The notes: generated from the sequence alone by a model not told the origin. DNA of 64,000 bases from Lytechinus pictus (GCF_037042905.1 NC_087245.1:37388001-37452000), one strand, 5' to 3'; positions 13,346-27,074 are shown, counted from the first letter of the stretch. Made by a program: numbers and translations.

Positions 13346-14376
13346 CGTAAAAATTTTGAATTGCTGAAAGTGTCAGGCTGGCAATTGGTTGGCTACCTTT
13401 CAAATATACTCAAAGGAACATGGTTTCTAGGCTTGATTACTGCACACCAGGCACGGACAAGAAAATGAAGAATTACCAGAAAGAGGTATAAATGTTTTGC
13501 ATAATCAACTAAAATGAAGCAAAAAAAAATTATTTTCAATTTCAAATCTGCTTCCACATATCAGCTTCAATATTTCATGAAATACATATTTTCTCTCATT
13601 TGAAATAGGTGTCAAATTGTGTTGTCCCTTTCAACATAGTCAACATGTACCGGAAGACATGGAGTCTTGCATAAAGATGTCAATTTTCATAGATGGCACA
13701 ACTGCTATCATACAAAGGACCCTTCCACATGAGATACACAAGTATCATTACTTTCACATCAACTTCACTTGAAGAGGAGCTTGAATAGAAACTTGCAATC
13801 TCAACACAGATCAATCAACTGTATTATGGCAGACGAAGAAATCACTATGGCTAACAATTAAAATAAGTAGAAATCACCATGTTCTGTTATACACAGAACA
13901 TTTAAAATAAAATGGCTGACACAGAGGTTCCACAGCTACCGAAAATGGTATTTAGATCAGGTAAGGATGCTCTGGAGAGCTTGAGATTAGTCTGACGCAT
14001 GGTAAATAATAAATAAATGATCCATCTTTAACGGAACTTAGCTTTATCTTTAATAATCTTAGAAATGATCAATAAAAAAAATCACTGAACAAGAAATGTA
14101 GGGACGACTACAAAACAAGAGCAGAAGCAACCAATTCAATTTTTCAAGAGCCTTTGATGTGTCCACTCCAACCAGGTCTGATATTTAATGGAGGCCTACT
14201 CAACGGTGATGTTTGGAAGATGAGCGACAAGACCGTCTGTTTACGAGAGACTCTTCCAGCTATAAAGGAAATGTGATGACTCAAAGCCTCATCTAGTCTC
14301 ATCAGTAAATACACAGTCCTGGGTTTATTCTTGTAACCAATGACTTCATAGACAACCCAAGCATATAAACTAACCG

Positions 14377-14823
14377 CCCTTTCACACAGTAAAAAAAAAC
14401 ATAATTTGAATGATTCCAGTGAAAAAGAAGGCTAATTACAAATTTTTAGCACATGTGCAATCAAACTAGAATCAAGAATGCTAATGACAATCACAAATTC
14501 AAATTCTACTCTGGAGGTGAATTCCAGTTAAGTTTCACTCAAATTACGGTACGAATTTTACGTATTTGACCTTTAAATCATCTTTTGGAGGGCGGAGCTT
14601 ACGTGTCCTTTCAAGCACTTCCATAGATAATACAATTTTCATGCACTCATCGTATCGGTGCAGTGCTTTGATTGACAAGTCACCAAGGACACGTACCGCC
14701 TTCGCTCGGGAATTCGAATTCAAATCACAGTTTTCGAGTGAGCGTGTGAAAGGTCCAATAATTCTAAAGACGAACTGCAATCATCAATACAATGATGATT
14801 CAAGATTTATGTGTGAAAAGGCC
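14377..14823. mobile_element. Diverged Harbinger-like MITE, possibly composite
   Basis: GCCCTTTCACACA ... TGTGTGAAAAGGCC, with a second GTGTGAAAGGTCC end at ~14745-14757. Confidence 0.5.
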
Positions 14824-16822
14824 CTAATTGAAATGGTATAATTTGGTTTGCTATTTAGAAATTAAAGTCTTTTTTTTTTTTTATGATCCAGGAAAATACA
14901 CTGTTTAGAATTAACTTGATAGGGGGAAAAGACTTGGAGTTAGGGGTGGAATGGGGGGGGGGTGATGCCCTACTGCATCTGATAGAGCTAGATCTACAAA
15001 ATACACTGGTAACTGATTTACTTCATCTTGGTGTGTTGATAAAAATGTGATTTTACTCTGAAGTCAGAACATTAAAAATGATATGATTGTGTACTCTGTA
15101 CAAAATAATTTTCTTTTACAATAAGACATGTGTAAAGATTCCAGTTCCAAGAGATCTTGATATAAATGTCATGGCGCGCGGCAGACAGACATACACTTGT
15201 AAGCTCCAGACTAAGAATAAAATGAGCAATAAAAATATACAGACGTAATATGCATATAACCATACATACAGAATATAATTTTTATGCAAATGTTTATTTA
15301 TTTTACATGAGCGTGACAATAAATTTTGAATAACTTCTGAATATATGTACTATTCGTCTATCAAGTTAAATCCAAGGTTAAAAAATATGCTTCTTCGCAA
15401 GGCAAATCTGCAAGAGTACTGTTCATCAAAGACTACACATCTGTCAGTCATTCCATCTGTCAGTCATTGCAGTTAGGCATTATAGGGCAATGCGAAGGTA
15501 TATCATTCTAGTCTTATCCTTACACTGAGTTTGTATGTATGTATAGTCCTGCCTGTCAAGAATACCACAGATGGTCAAGTATAAACTCCAATCGTTTATA
15601 TCAATTTTCAGATAAACATTGTGGTCCAGAGAAATGTAATATTACAGAGTGATGCCCGGTAGTCTGGAGAATCAGACATGAAGCTGTTTGGCAAATTCGG
15701 CAGGGTAATTATGCATTCAATTTCAAACAATGCACTATTGGTTCAAAAAAGTTTATGAGATGCAACTAATTTTGAATCATGTAAGTCTAAATGGAATATA
15801 GATCAGACAGCCGCATGAAGAAGATGACATGTAATATCGTCAAGTTCTTTAATTCCCCATGTTGGCCTAGAGTGATTCCCCCCTCCCTTGATAATCTTAT
15901 CCACCACTCCCTCTCAGGCTCATCCTAATATTAATTTCCAAGGCAACTCATGACCTTTTAATTTTTGCTGATGATTCCAAACAATTTCATAAATGTTGGT
16001 CGCTCCTTTACCGAACCTTCGCCCTGTCGGCAGCCGAAAGTCCCCCTTCAACATAAATATGAGTCACTGAAATTATGATATTCGGAAACCCCCGCTCAGC
16101 GGCACAAGCAGCTCGCAAATATGCCTGCTCATAAATTATGTCCACAGATAGATCTTAAAGGGAAGGGCAACCAAAATTATCAATTAGTCTGTGGTCAAGT
16201 AATAATAAACAGAAGCTCAGAAGGATGACAGTGGTCAAGGTCAGTAGGGAATCTGGTCAACTATGTGTTTCTCTTGGTGCAGCTTGATGGTCAATGACCC
16301 ATGTGATTTCAAATAATCACCAAATTACCCGCAAAATAGTAACATTTATTTTCAACCATACATTCCTTTGAGATTTTTTACATTGTTCAGCAATTTTACA
16401 TGCATAAACATAGCACACAAAACAAACTTTCAAAAAGCATTTTCGTCTTTAAAGTCATATACCAGTAACCAACCATGATCAAATCATCTCCATTAAATTT
16501 TATGTTTGCACTTAAATTTTGAATTGCATATTAACTCATTTATATGTATGAATCCAATATTCCCTCTTCCAAGACTCTAAAAGGGTGTACAAGAAGGTCC
16601 AACCAGCCCCCTCGCGTGATCTAATCAGGGGAACAAGTTGACAACCAATCACGACATATCGAAATCCCAGATTTGGGTTGAAATCAGAGGAAACAGGGAT
16701 TCTATCTGAACTTAGGACGCCTACCAGTGAATCACGGTGCTATAAACTGAGTATGGTTAAGCGTTAACAGGGCTGAGGATCGAATCTTAATTCCATGGGC
16801 ATGTCGAAGACTGATGGTTTAT

Positions 16823-17213
16823 ATAGGTTGAATTGTGTAGGGTGTGTTCAAACTTGAATTCTGAAGATTGTTAGATAGGTTGAATGGTGTAGGGTGTGTT
16901 CATACTTGAATTCTGAAGATTGTTGGTTAGGTTGAATGGTGTAGGGTGTGTTTATACTTGAATTCTGAAGATTGATTGATGGGTTGAATAGTGCACGGTG
17001 TGTTTATACTTGAATTCTGAAGATTGATTGTTGGATTAGTGTTGGGTGTGTTTATACTTAAATTCTTATGACTGTTAGATTGAATTGTATAGGATGTGTT
17101 CATACTTGAATTCTGAAGATTGATGGTTGGGTTGAATTGTATAGGGTGCGTTTATACTTAAATTATGAAGATTGTTAGCTAAGTTGACTTGAGTAGGGTG
17201 TTTTTATACTAGA
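16823..17213. repeat. ~51-53-bp minisatellite, about 7-8 copies
   Basis: GGTTGAATTGTGTAGGGTGTGTTCATACTTGAATTCTGAAGATTG repeated with divergence. Confidence 0.9.
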
Positions 17214-17494
17214 AGTACATTTATTTTCACAATACAGATTTATTGCTTTGACAAGTAACAGTAAACACTTCTTTGAACTTCAGAAGAAGTCTATTGTTGT
17301 CTAGTAATTTCAGAGTTTTATATGAAGTTCAATCCTTTTACTTTATTTCAGTTCGATATATATTTCTTTGCCATTTGACAAAATAGGAATTGTTAAAGAA
17401 CGATTTGCTCCCCCCCCCCCCCCCCCCCCATTATAAGCAAACCAGATGATGGAAAAGAGCTAATGGCCATTTGCCCAAAGTGGAACATATGTAA

Positions 17495-18494
17495 GACAAG
17501 TGGAATGCCTCTGGCCGTCTCACCTGCATCACGCGATTCAATATAGCAGCAGTGCTGATTTTGAAAACTACTATAACTCGCACAAGATGTTCAGTGATAC
17601 TTGGTTACTCTTATTTCCACGTTTTATGAACTAGACCAATACACTTATAGAGATATGATGGCAATTCAACAAATACCCCCAACGTGGCCAAAGTTCTTTG
17701 ACCTTACAAGACCTTTGACCTTGATCATGTGACCTGAAACTCGCACAGGATGTTAAGTGATACTTGATTACTATTATGTCCAAGTTTTATGAACTAGACC
17801 AACACACTTTCAAATTTATGGCTGTAATTCAACAAATACCCCAATTTGGCCAAAGTTCATTGACCCTAAATGACCTTTGACCTTGATCATGTGACCTGAA
17901 ACTTGCACAGGATGTTCAGTAATACTTGATTACTATTATGTCCAAGTTTCATGAATCAGATCCATAAACTTTCAAAGTTATGATGGTAATTCAACAGATA
18001 CCCCCAATTCGGCCAAAGTTCATTGACCCTAAATGACCTTTGACCTTGGTCATGTGATGTGAAACTCATGCAGGATGTTCAGTGATACTTGATTAACCTT
18101 ATGTATAAGTTTCATGAACTAGGTCCATATATTTTCTAAGTTATGATGACATTTAAAAAACTTAACCTTAGGTTAAGATTTTGATGTTGATTCCCCCAAC
18201 ATGGTCTAAGTTCATTGACCCTAAATGACCTTTGACCTTGGTCATGTGACATGAAACTCAGGCAGGATGTTCAGTAATACTTGATTAACCTTATGGCCAA
18301 GTTTCATGAACTAGGTCCATATACTTTCTAAGTTATGCTGTCATTTCAAAAACTTAACCTCAGGTTAAGATTTGGTGTTGACGCCGCCGCCGCCGCCGCC
18401 GTCGCCGCCGCCGCCGCCGTCGCCGTCGCCGTCGCCGCCGCCGTCGGAAAAGCGGCGCCTATAGTCTCACTCTGCTATGCAGGTGAGACAAAAA
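17495..18494 (+). mobile_element. Helentron-associated (HINE/DINE-1/pearl/Tsp-like) non-autonomous element
   Basis: Subterminal inverted repeat GTCTCACCTGCAT (17517-17529) / ATGCAGGTGAGAC (18477-18489), and a 3' hairpin GTCTCAC...GTGAGAC (18463-18489). There are 4-5 core repeats of ~160-190 bp containing TGACCTTTGACCTT, a (GCC/GTC)n microsatellite at 18383-18446, and an A-rich end. Confidence 0.8.
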
Positions 18495-19096
18495 TTGGGG
18501 CTCCCCAACGTCTGCCTGAAACCGTGAAATCTCAAAGAGAAGGCCTATATATCTGGTTATCCACCAAGATAAATGCTTTCATAAAAATTATGAGTCAGAA
18601 ATGATCCCATGCATTCAGATGCACAGACTGCCCCCACGTCTCTTTGTTCATATCTGAATGACTTTCTGATGAATCCGCAGAGATTGAAAAGAAGGACCTG
18701 ATTAATAAGTCGGGTTTACAAGCCATATGCTGCAATCAAATCTCAATTACTTCATATCATATACTCTTATCTTGCATATAAGATGACTCTGGCTAGTTGC
18801 TATGGTAACCAGATGTACGATGTAACATTCATGTGTTCATTATTACCCACCGAGGAGGGTCTTTCTTTCTCAGGTGCGTTCAATACACTCGCTCTTGAAA
18901 TGTCATGAAATGATACATTGCATGGAAACATGAATTCCTTTGAGGAGATCTGATGGAAAGCATTCACAAAGGTATATGAAGCCTGAATGTAAATTGGAAA
19001 TTAAAACATTGTCACTCGTCAGAGAGAGAAAGGGGGGGGGGTAAAAAAGTGATTCCAATGAATTCCAAAGTGGTTATACAACTACATGTAGGCCTA

Positions 19097-19337
19097 GACA
19101 CCGTTCTCACTACCTTCCTAAAACGAGTGTACTGGAAACTAGTTTAGTGGAAGCTAGTTTAACCTGTAGTGAGAACAGTCGAAGCGATCTCCACACATTT
19201 TGAGCATGCTACTCCACATGACAGGTGTAGAATGCCTACGCTGCGGTTTCCAATTTCACGCAAAACGTGTCACCCCACTGGTTTCCTGAATCGGTTTCCA
19301 GTATACTAGTTTTAGAAAGCGTAATGAGAACGGTGTC
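19097..19337. mobile_element. Harbinger-like MITE
   Basis: TIR GACACCGTTCTCA / TGAGAACGGTGTC. A related shorter copy lies at 38532-38688. Confidence 0.75.
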
Positions 19338-19340
19338 TAA

Positions 19341-19731
19341 TACCCCTTTCATAAACCCAATAAAACACAATTATGCGGCTAATAGCAGCATAATTTGGTC
19401 GTAAAATCAGAGGAGGACAAGAGTTATCCGCATTATTCTGATGCTGCTATTATCCGCATAATAGCGGCATCGGGACAAGATTTTGAGTTTATGAACGTAT
19501 TTCCAAATAATGCGGATAATTGCCATGGTGCGGTCACAAGGTCACCCTTTTCCAACACAACCGCATTGGAGGGGGCGTGTCCAGTTGTCATGACGATTAT
19601 CCGCCTTTTTCAGGACGGGCGCTCGTAAAAATATTTTATGGAGTTTGTGAACGCAATTTTTATTGAATTATCCGCATTACTCTTAGGCGGCTAATTGGAG
19701 GATATGTTTTATTGGGTTTATGAAAGGGGTA
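19341..19731. mobile_element. MITE with TACCCCTTTCATAAACCCAAT TIRs, copy 1
   Basis: TIRs at both ends, internal ATTATCCGCA repeats, and a near-identical copy at 21700-22068. Confidence 0.85.
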
Positions 19732-20047
19732 TTAGTCTGTACTTGTATTAGGCCTATACAGACAAAGCTTTGGATGAAAAAGTAACCCAAAAGCAGGAAC
19801 AAGGTAAGAGCAATTTTACAGGAAAATACTTGTTACAGAGAACTTTTTTTTTGAGGGGGGGGGGGCGATGGCTTGTTTATGAAGATGAATCAATTCTCTG
19901 AAGAGCAATGTACATTCAGTATCAGTTTCATATCAAAAACATTTTGATCAGAAAACGTCTAGAGGGTGACTGATCAGGATTGCAATATTCTTGATCTTGG
20001 ATTACTTCCTGTACAAGTTCCTTCTTCACTTCAGGTGAAGAATCTAC

Positions 20048-20370
20048 ATAATAACAATAATGTTCCTCTTTTATATGGTGCTTAATACATCAGAATGATG
20101 TCTCTTAGTAGTTTACAGATATATCCTGGTCATCGGATCTTGCCCGCACACAATGTATGCACTATCCGCTCCCTGGGGAGCATTGCAATAAGAGTTCCAA
20201 GACTCAATTGCTAGGCATACTGTGTAGGATGTACCAAGTGCCCATTTGACACCTGGGTGGAGAGTGGCAAAGTGTGAAATGACGCATCACTAAAGAGCGT
20301 TAGGCTGTGTTAGGATTCGAACACACAACCCTTTGTTAACTAGTCTAGAGGGTCTAACCATGACGCTTCC
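20048..20370 (-). mobile_element. tRNA-derived SINE with L2-like tail (diverged)
   Basis: Minus strand has an A-box-like TGGTTAGAC (~20360-20352) and a B-box GTTCGAATCC (20322-20313). The tail is TGTAAA..TAAGAGAC...TTAAGCACCATATAAAAG...ATTATTGTTATTAT. Confidence 0.7.
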
Positions 20371-20883
20371 AATTTGTTACAGTATTTCAGAAAAAAAATT
20401 ATAAAATAGTATTTACTTCTCACAAAAGCACGCCAACACACACAAATTAGAAAGGCAATTAATCCCTGCTTCAGAAGTTATGGAAATTAAAACAAAAGAG
20501 AGAGGTTAATAAATTATTGAAAACATGGAATACCAACAAGATCTTGCTCTTAAAAATATCAACTAGATATTCAATGATCTAAAATATCAAAGCATATGAA
20601 TGTCAGTAAGATGTAGGCCTACAAGACACCCCTCCCTTTTACACGTAGGGTTTGAATTTTGAATATCACTCCTCGGGCGGCTAGTATGACTGTATGGTCA
20701 TCTGTCGTCAACGAGTGACCATCAAATACCCAGGGTTCACCGTGACTCCCAAGTCCCCTGGAACAGTGACGGTCATGGTATGGCACTAGCGATGATGATG
20801 ACACTGAACTAGATACACCCTCAAAGTGTGCATCTCAACAGCTTAAAGGGGCACATCAAACTAGCCAGATACATGTATCGGTA

Positions 20884-21240
20884 AATTGCCAATTCGTCTA
20901 TTGCCAACTCGTCTACTCACATCCATCAACATTTCGCGTAACAACCATTTGGTCCAATCATCACTTTGTCTAATCAACAGTTGGTCTTTGACCGTTTTGT
21001 CTCATAACCAGTTGGTCTAATATCCATTTTATTTTCATTTGAAAAAAAATTATTTTCGCCCAATTAACACCTAGTCCAGTTAGACCAAATGAAATGTCTA
21101 TTGGACCAATTGGCTATTACACGAAATGGTCAGTGGACGAAATGGCAGTTAGACCGCATGGATAGTGGACGAACAGATGGTAGGTCAATAGTAGACAAGT
21201 TGGCTATTTGGACGATTTGGCATTAGACCAATTGATAATA
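20884..21240. mobile_element. Foldback-type MITE built from ~15-bp subrepeats
   Basis: The left arm has GTC(T/C)A repeats and the right arm has T(A/G)GAC(C/G)AA repeats. A single arm of the same family lies at 44540-44735. Confidence 0.65.
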
Positions 21241-21699
21241 AACCCATGCATCTTAATAACTTTTAATAAAAGGGTACATCAACCATTACTAAGCAGTAGT
21301 TTCACAGTACCGGAACGGCTATCGAAATAGTCATCCTATAATGATGACCAATCTATATACGCCCCTGTACACCCTAACAGTTTACACCTTCACAGGTATC
21401 AACATCAATTAACACCCTAAAACAGTGATTCGCATCACGATACTGAACAATTATAGGCCCAGGCCTTCCTATTTACAATCATTAGTTAAAAGATAATCAG
21501 CTCCGACTATTAGGTAATAAGTTAGGCATTGCCTCGAAGATGTTGATTATAAAGCACCATAGCATCAGTGTATGCTTTAAAAGTTTCATTCCAAAATTTG
21601 CGACTGCACACCGAAATTGCATGAATGGGACAACACACAAATATTTGGGCTGAACTTTTCACCTGGTTTGGATCACAGGTTGAATGTGAAGGTATCTTT

Positions 21700-22068
21700 T
21701 ACCCCTTTCATAAACCCAATTATGCGGCTAATAGCAGCATAATTTGGTCATAAAATCGGAGGAGGACCAGAGTTATCCGCATTATTTTTATGCTGCAATT
21801 ATCCGCATAATAGTGGCATCGGGACCAGATTTTGACTTCATGAACGCATTTCCAAATAATGCGGATAATTGCCATGGTGCGGTCACAAGGTCACCCTTTT
21901 CCAACACAACCGCATTGGAGGGGGCGTGTGCAGTTGTCATGACGATTATCCGCCTTTTTCAGGACTGGCGCTCGTAAAAATAGTGCGGATTATTTTCGGA
22001 GTTTGTGAACGCAATTTTTATTGAATTATCCGCATTACTCTTTGGAGGATGGGATCATGAAAGGGGTA
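21700..22068. mobile_element. Same MITE, copy 2
   Basis: High identity to 19341-19731. The spurious ORFs at 19395 and 21744 are near-identical. Confidence 0.85.
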
Positions 22069-22775
22069 TGAGAAGCAATTCTTTGCGTTGGGAGTTTGGG
22101 ACTCTTTACTATGATATTCATCAAAGTATCTGATTCATCATTTCTCGTTCACCCTATCTCGCCATCAATTTCAAAAAGGTGTACAACTTCTATTGTAATT
22201 CACAATTAACTTTTAAGGACAATGGATGTGTAATTGATATTTTTTTTTCTCTGTTAACCTCCAGGAAACATACAGGTTATGTTGTGACGCAATGTTGTTA
22301 TCAGAGCATATCATCAGAAAGGAGCAAGGTCCATTACATCCATGTGAACTGCGCATTACTGTACAAACTTTGGACTGGGTGTAAGTACTGTACTTTCTTC
22401 AAGGCGAATTTAGGCTAGCTGCACGGCATGCTACATTGAACCGAAAGGGAAGGTCAAATTGGAGCGCACGTTTTTTAAAACTCTTTATGTTCCGATCCCA
22501 ATCAAATTATTTACATTTTTATAACGATGTCAGTTACTAATTTAGAATTGAAGTTGCATTCATGCTTCCCAACCAACTGTCCTTTTTAAGAAACACCAAT
22601 CATAAGGCACTTTTGGATTTATAGCATTCAGGTTTGGCATTTAAATGAAAAGAAAAAAATACAACTGTCTTTTGAACTGTACAAACAAACACTAGCTTTT
22701 TGCCTGAAAAATGGGAAGTGCAGTATGAACATACAATATCCTTCCTATTAAACCGTTTTGTCAAATATGAGTATA

Positions 22776-23374
22776 TTAAAGGTCAAGTCCACCCCAGGAA
22801 AATGCTGACTTGAATAAATAGAGAAAAATCAAACTAGCATAGTGCTGAAAATTTCATCAAAATCGGATGTAAAATAAGAAAGTTATGACATTTTAAAGTT
22901 TTGCTTATTTTTCACAAAACAGTGATATGCACAACTAGTTGGGTCAGTCGATGATGTCCATCACTCACTATATCTTTTGTCTTTTATTGTTTGAATTATA
23001 CAATATTTCATTTTTTATAGATTTGACAATAAGGAGCAACTTGACTGAAACATATAGTATTAAACAATGCTAATGCCACATGTTCAGGGAGGAATTAATC
23101 GTTGTATCACTTGCCAATGAGGAGAAAATTAGAATATTTCATATTTGACATAATAAAATACAAAAGAAATAGTGAGTGGATGACATCATAGTCTCCTTAT
23201 TTGCATACCAGCCAGGATGTGCATATAACTGTTTTGTGAAATTAAGCGAAACTTTAAAATGTGATAACTTTCTTATTTTACATCCGATTTTGATGAAATT
23301 TTCAGTGTTATGCTTGTTGGATTTTTCTCTTTTTATTCAAATCAACTTTTTGTTGGGGTAGACTTGTCCTTTAA
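22776..23374. mobile_element. TTAA-flanked MITE (Kolobok-type), family copy 2
   Basis: TTAAAGGTCAAGTCCACCCC ... GGGGTAGACTTGTCCTTTAA, in opposite orientation to copy 1. Confidence 0.88.
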
Positions 23375-25378
23375 AATGATGACTTTCACCACAGAGTCCT
23401 ACATATCTTTCCTCACCCTGCTCAATATTATAAAATCAGAAATGAATGAACTACCCACCACCCTCCCACCAACAGACATCAATGCTATTAAAGTTCCCAA
23501 TTAGAAAGTATACCCCATGCATGCCCATATTAAATACCACAGGTTATTTTCAACAACCAAATGCAATTACGGAATTGGCATTCACTGTGGTTTGTTGGTA
23601 GGCCTATATATACCACAAATGCACATTTCCAGCTAGGCAATTAATTAACTGAAAGGTGGCGTTGCCAGAGATCATAAACCATTGTGATAGGTGGTAAGAT
23701 AGACACATCATGAAAATAATTTAATATAAATTTTAAGAGAAAATATATAAATTGTATCTACATGTATCTATGGTAGCAAACAATAGTTTTTATTCAATCT
23801 CGCACATTATTTTATCATTCTTTCTTAAATAATTTGCTATGTAGGCCTATTTGTCAACAACGTTTCCTCTAACAGCCAGCATCGCTATCCAATAAGAAAA
23901 GTAGATGGCAATGCCATTCTCTTTTCTGTTCTTCCATTACAATGTACATCTTCAACGAAATGTAATTTTATCTTGCCACAAAAAAATGCTGCCCTCACAT
24001 ACCCAAGAGTGTGTTTGATATTAATGGCAGCAGTGAGATAAGGCATAGACCTACATGTACAAATGAAAATGGCTATGCAAAAATCCTAAAACAGTGTCCG
24101 AAAAGCTAACTTGGTTAATGGTCAAACGGGCCTACTATCATGCATTGGGACAACATTTTGTTTCCATATTTTTTCACGTTAAGATCTTTTAATGTATAAA
24201 GTTTATTATGAAATGGAGTAAACATTGCATACACTGTTCATTGTTGGTTTATTGAGATTATATAGAGACTGAATGGGGACTTTGAACCCAGATACAGTAT
24301 GTAGATGAAAAGGAAAATATTTCAATTGTATTTTTATTCTATTCAAGTAAAATGCACTGTACATGTAGGAATTCTAAAGCGAAAGAATTAATTGAATACG
24401 CCCATAAGGATCTTCTGGCACAATACATAGGATATTTGTGGGAAAATAATTTTCAAGATGATATGACTTTACATTTATTTCAATTCATGCTTTGCATAAA
24501 ATACCGGTAATCTGTATCACAAACCACTCGCTCAGAAGCATATAATTTTTTTTTTTTTTTGGGGGGGGGGGGGGAGTAGGCAAATGAGTTACACGTTTAC
24601 ATCCTCTACTGCTTCAGAATCCAATTTTAAGTGCAGTTGATGTCACATGATCTGTTTATCTTCCTAACATAAAGACATACGTGTGAAATTTCTCATCTTA
24701 CACTCTGCTTTTTTTATCATTCTCAGAATTTCCCTTGATACATTAAATGTACATGTATGTACAAATCAACAAATTTGAGCATTTCTTTATTCAGCGCCAT
24801 TTTCAGATTTTGTGAACCCAAAGAGTTTTTCATACGACTGTCTGTGGTTTGAGGCTGAAATGTTGAACAGAATTCATTTGAAATGTTTTAAACTCCATCT
24901 AAAAACAGGAAATAAAATGTTTTATAATAACATTACACATACATACATGTACTAAAATCAATTTGGGACTACTAAATTGAGTAAATTCAGTTAATTTTTT
25001 TTCGATAATCCCGATTATATAAAATGACAGGATTCCATTATCCTACTAATGTTTTATTCTATATCAATGATACTTGTGCATCAAACATCTAACATTTTGG
25101 GAGACAGCACTTGTCAAGTTCATTATATTGCACCGTTGACTTGATTCACTTTGAGTATTAAAGTGAACATATCAATGAATAAAATGCAAAGACTCTGAAT
25201 CATCCTTCCCTCGAGGTGATAGATACTATCTCTTCCTCTTTAATCCTATTTTCAAATCAAATCAAATCAAATCATGAAAAGGATTCTTTTCATGGAATGT
25301 GATTATTAAAAGATGCGCTGGCAGCTCATGTAGATCGGTCTATTGCATGAGAATCTTCAGATATCCAATGGCTATCAG

Positions 25379-25523
25379 GGGCCCGTTGCAGAAAGAGTTG
25401 CGTTTAAACGCAAGTCAAAAAATCAATCGCAAGTCAAAAATGCGCGCTGTTGATTGGTTGAAAATCAAGTTGCGCATGATTTTTTGAGTTGCGATTGACT
25501 GCAACTCTTTCTGCAACGGGCCC
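25379..25523. mobile_element. Short PIF/Harbinger-like MITE
   Basis: TIR GGGCCCGTTGCAGAAAGAGTTGC with a 3-bp TSD CAG on both sides. Confidence 0.85.
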
Positions 25524-26602
25524 CAGGTTATGCAGTCTGTATTTGATTTTGGTATGTACAACTGCACTCAATGTTTCAGAGATTCAGATTCAAATATTTA
25601 AGGTTTACAGTATGTAAATAGAATTTTATCCGATATTCAGCTTCATGTAGTCACTGACCCTAACACAAATTCATTTTAAATCCATGAAATTTAGAATTTG
25701 AATATTAAGCGATTTCAAAGTTGGAATTAATTGTCAGATATAAAACATATGTCATATAAAGATACAACTTTTTTTTTAATTACTAAAACTTACAATAAAA
25801 ATATCTACAGCCTCTACAATGTATAGGTCTCCAACAATTTGATATAAAAAGACTTCGAGAGCATAGAATGGGACAAAATTTCTCATAGACAGAAATTTAA
25901 TCAATAGGTTAACCGTTGACATTAAGATGTCTTCCTTGGTTCCTGAGAGAAGTAAATCTAACAAGGGCCTAATAGCCAAATTCAAATTTTCATGAAAAAT
26001 CATATCAATGTAACAATCACTACACCAGTGAACAAAGATTAGACATAATTTTTCTTAAACCTTAGTTAAGGCTTTACCAGAATTCTATACCAGGCATTGT
26101 GATGATTTATACAATATCTAAAACATTGAAAACACTGATCGTGCATTACATATAATATATGTACTGAACTTTAGATGGCCTCATTAATGGTAGCCTGTTG
26201 TCTCTCTACTGTTTATTTTTGCTACAATCTCATTAGAATGTTTATTTAGCACTAGCATGTTTTCTAGCCTAGATGATAGAATCATAGAAGCCTACACCTT
26301 TATAAGCGTACAATTCAAACCCTGTGCAATGTACAAGGTACCTGTACCATACAAATTACAATTCTAAATCCGAGTTCCTCATTCCATAAGGAATAAGCAG
26401 GCAATTCACCAATATAGGCACCCAACCGAGAAATGATTATTGGATGTCCGTACATATGAAGTACTTGTACATGTACATGTAGGCAGTAGCAGTATCACTT
26501 GTGAATGAATGCATGTGTACAGTGGACTAGAGGTTATTATAAGTTTGGGCCTTTAAAAGAAATATCATAAATAGTGTTCACTCTCCTATGACTGCCATGT
26601 CC

Positions 26603-27074
26603 CTCGGGGGGGGGGGGGGGCACTCACATATACTGGTGGTAAGGGGACGTGCCGCTTTGATGACCCCCTTTTTCAGGCCTAATTTCCAGTTTCTCTAGAT
26701 ACTCTGAATGACAAAATTTCAGTTCAGAAGCCGCCCAGCCCCGCTCGCAAGACCCCCGTTACGAGACACCTCAGTTCCCCAGCCCTGCCAAAATTGTCAA
26801 GCACGAGCACCGCATGCAAGAGATGCACGTACGGCTTTACAACTCCCTACATATAACTAGTAGCCGCTCCATGAATGGCGAGCGCATGCACAGCGCTCTA
26901 CCTACAGTGCCGCGGTCCCGTTCTGTAGTCCGTTTTTCACACACCGCGGTGTATATTTAGTTCCCAAGACCCGTACTTTACCCTTTTAGTCAGTTCCTTA
27001 GACCCCCATTTCAGCGTTTCGTGAGGCACACCCCCATCAAAAAATAATTTGAGTGCCCCCCCCCCCCCCCCGGG
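26603..27074. mobile_element. Non-autonomous DNA transposon with C(C/T)CGGGGGGG..GCACTCA TIRs
   Basis: 8-bp TSD CCATGTCC (26595-26602 / 27075-27082) and a GC-rich interior. Superfamily unassigned. Confidence 0.8.

Noticed and set aside
18335..18604. Poly-alanine ORF
   Set aside because: It is a translation of the GCC microsatellite inside the HINE-like element.
20300..20370. tRNA gene
   Set aside because: A/B boxes are present but there is no intact cloverleaf. It is the head of a SINE.
19395..21977. Two near-identical 77-aa ORFs as a duplicated small gene
   Set aside because: Both lie inside copies of the same TIR-bounded MITE and start at TTG, not ATG.
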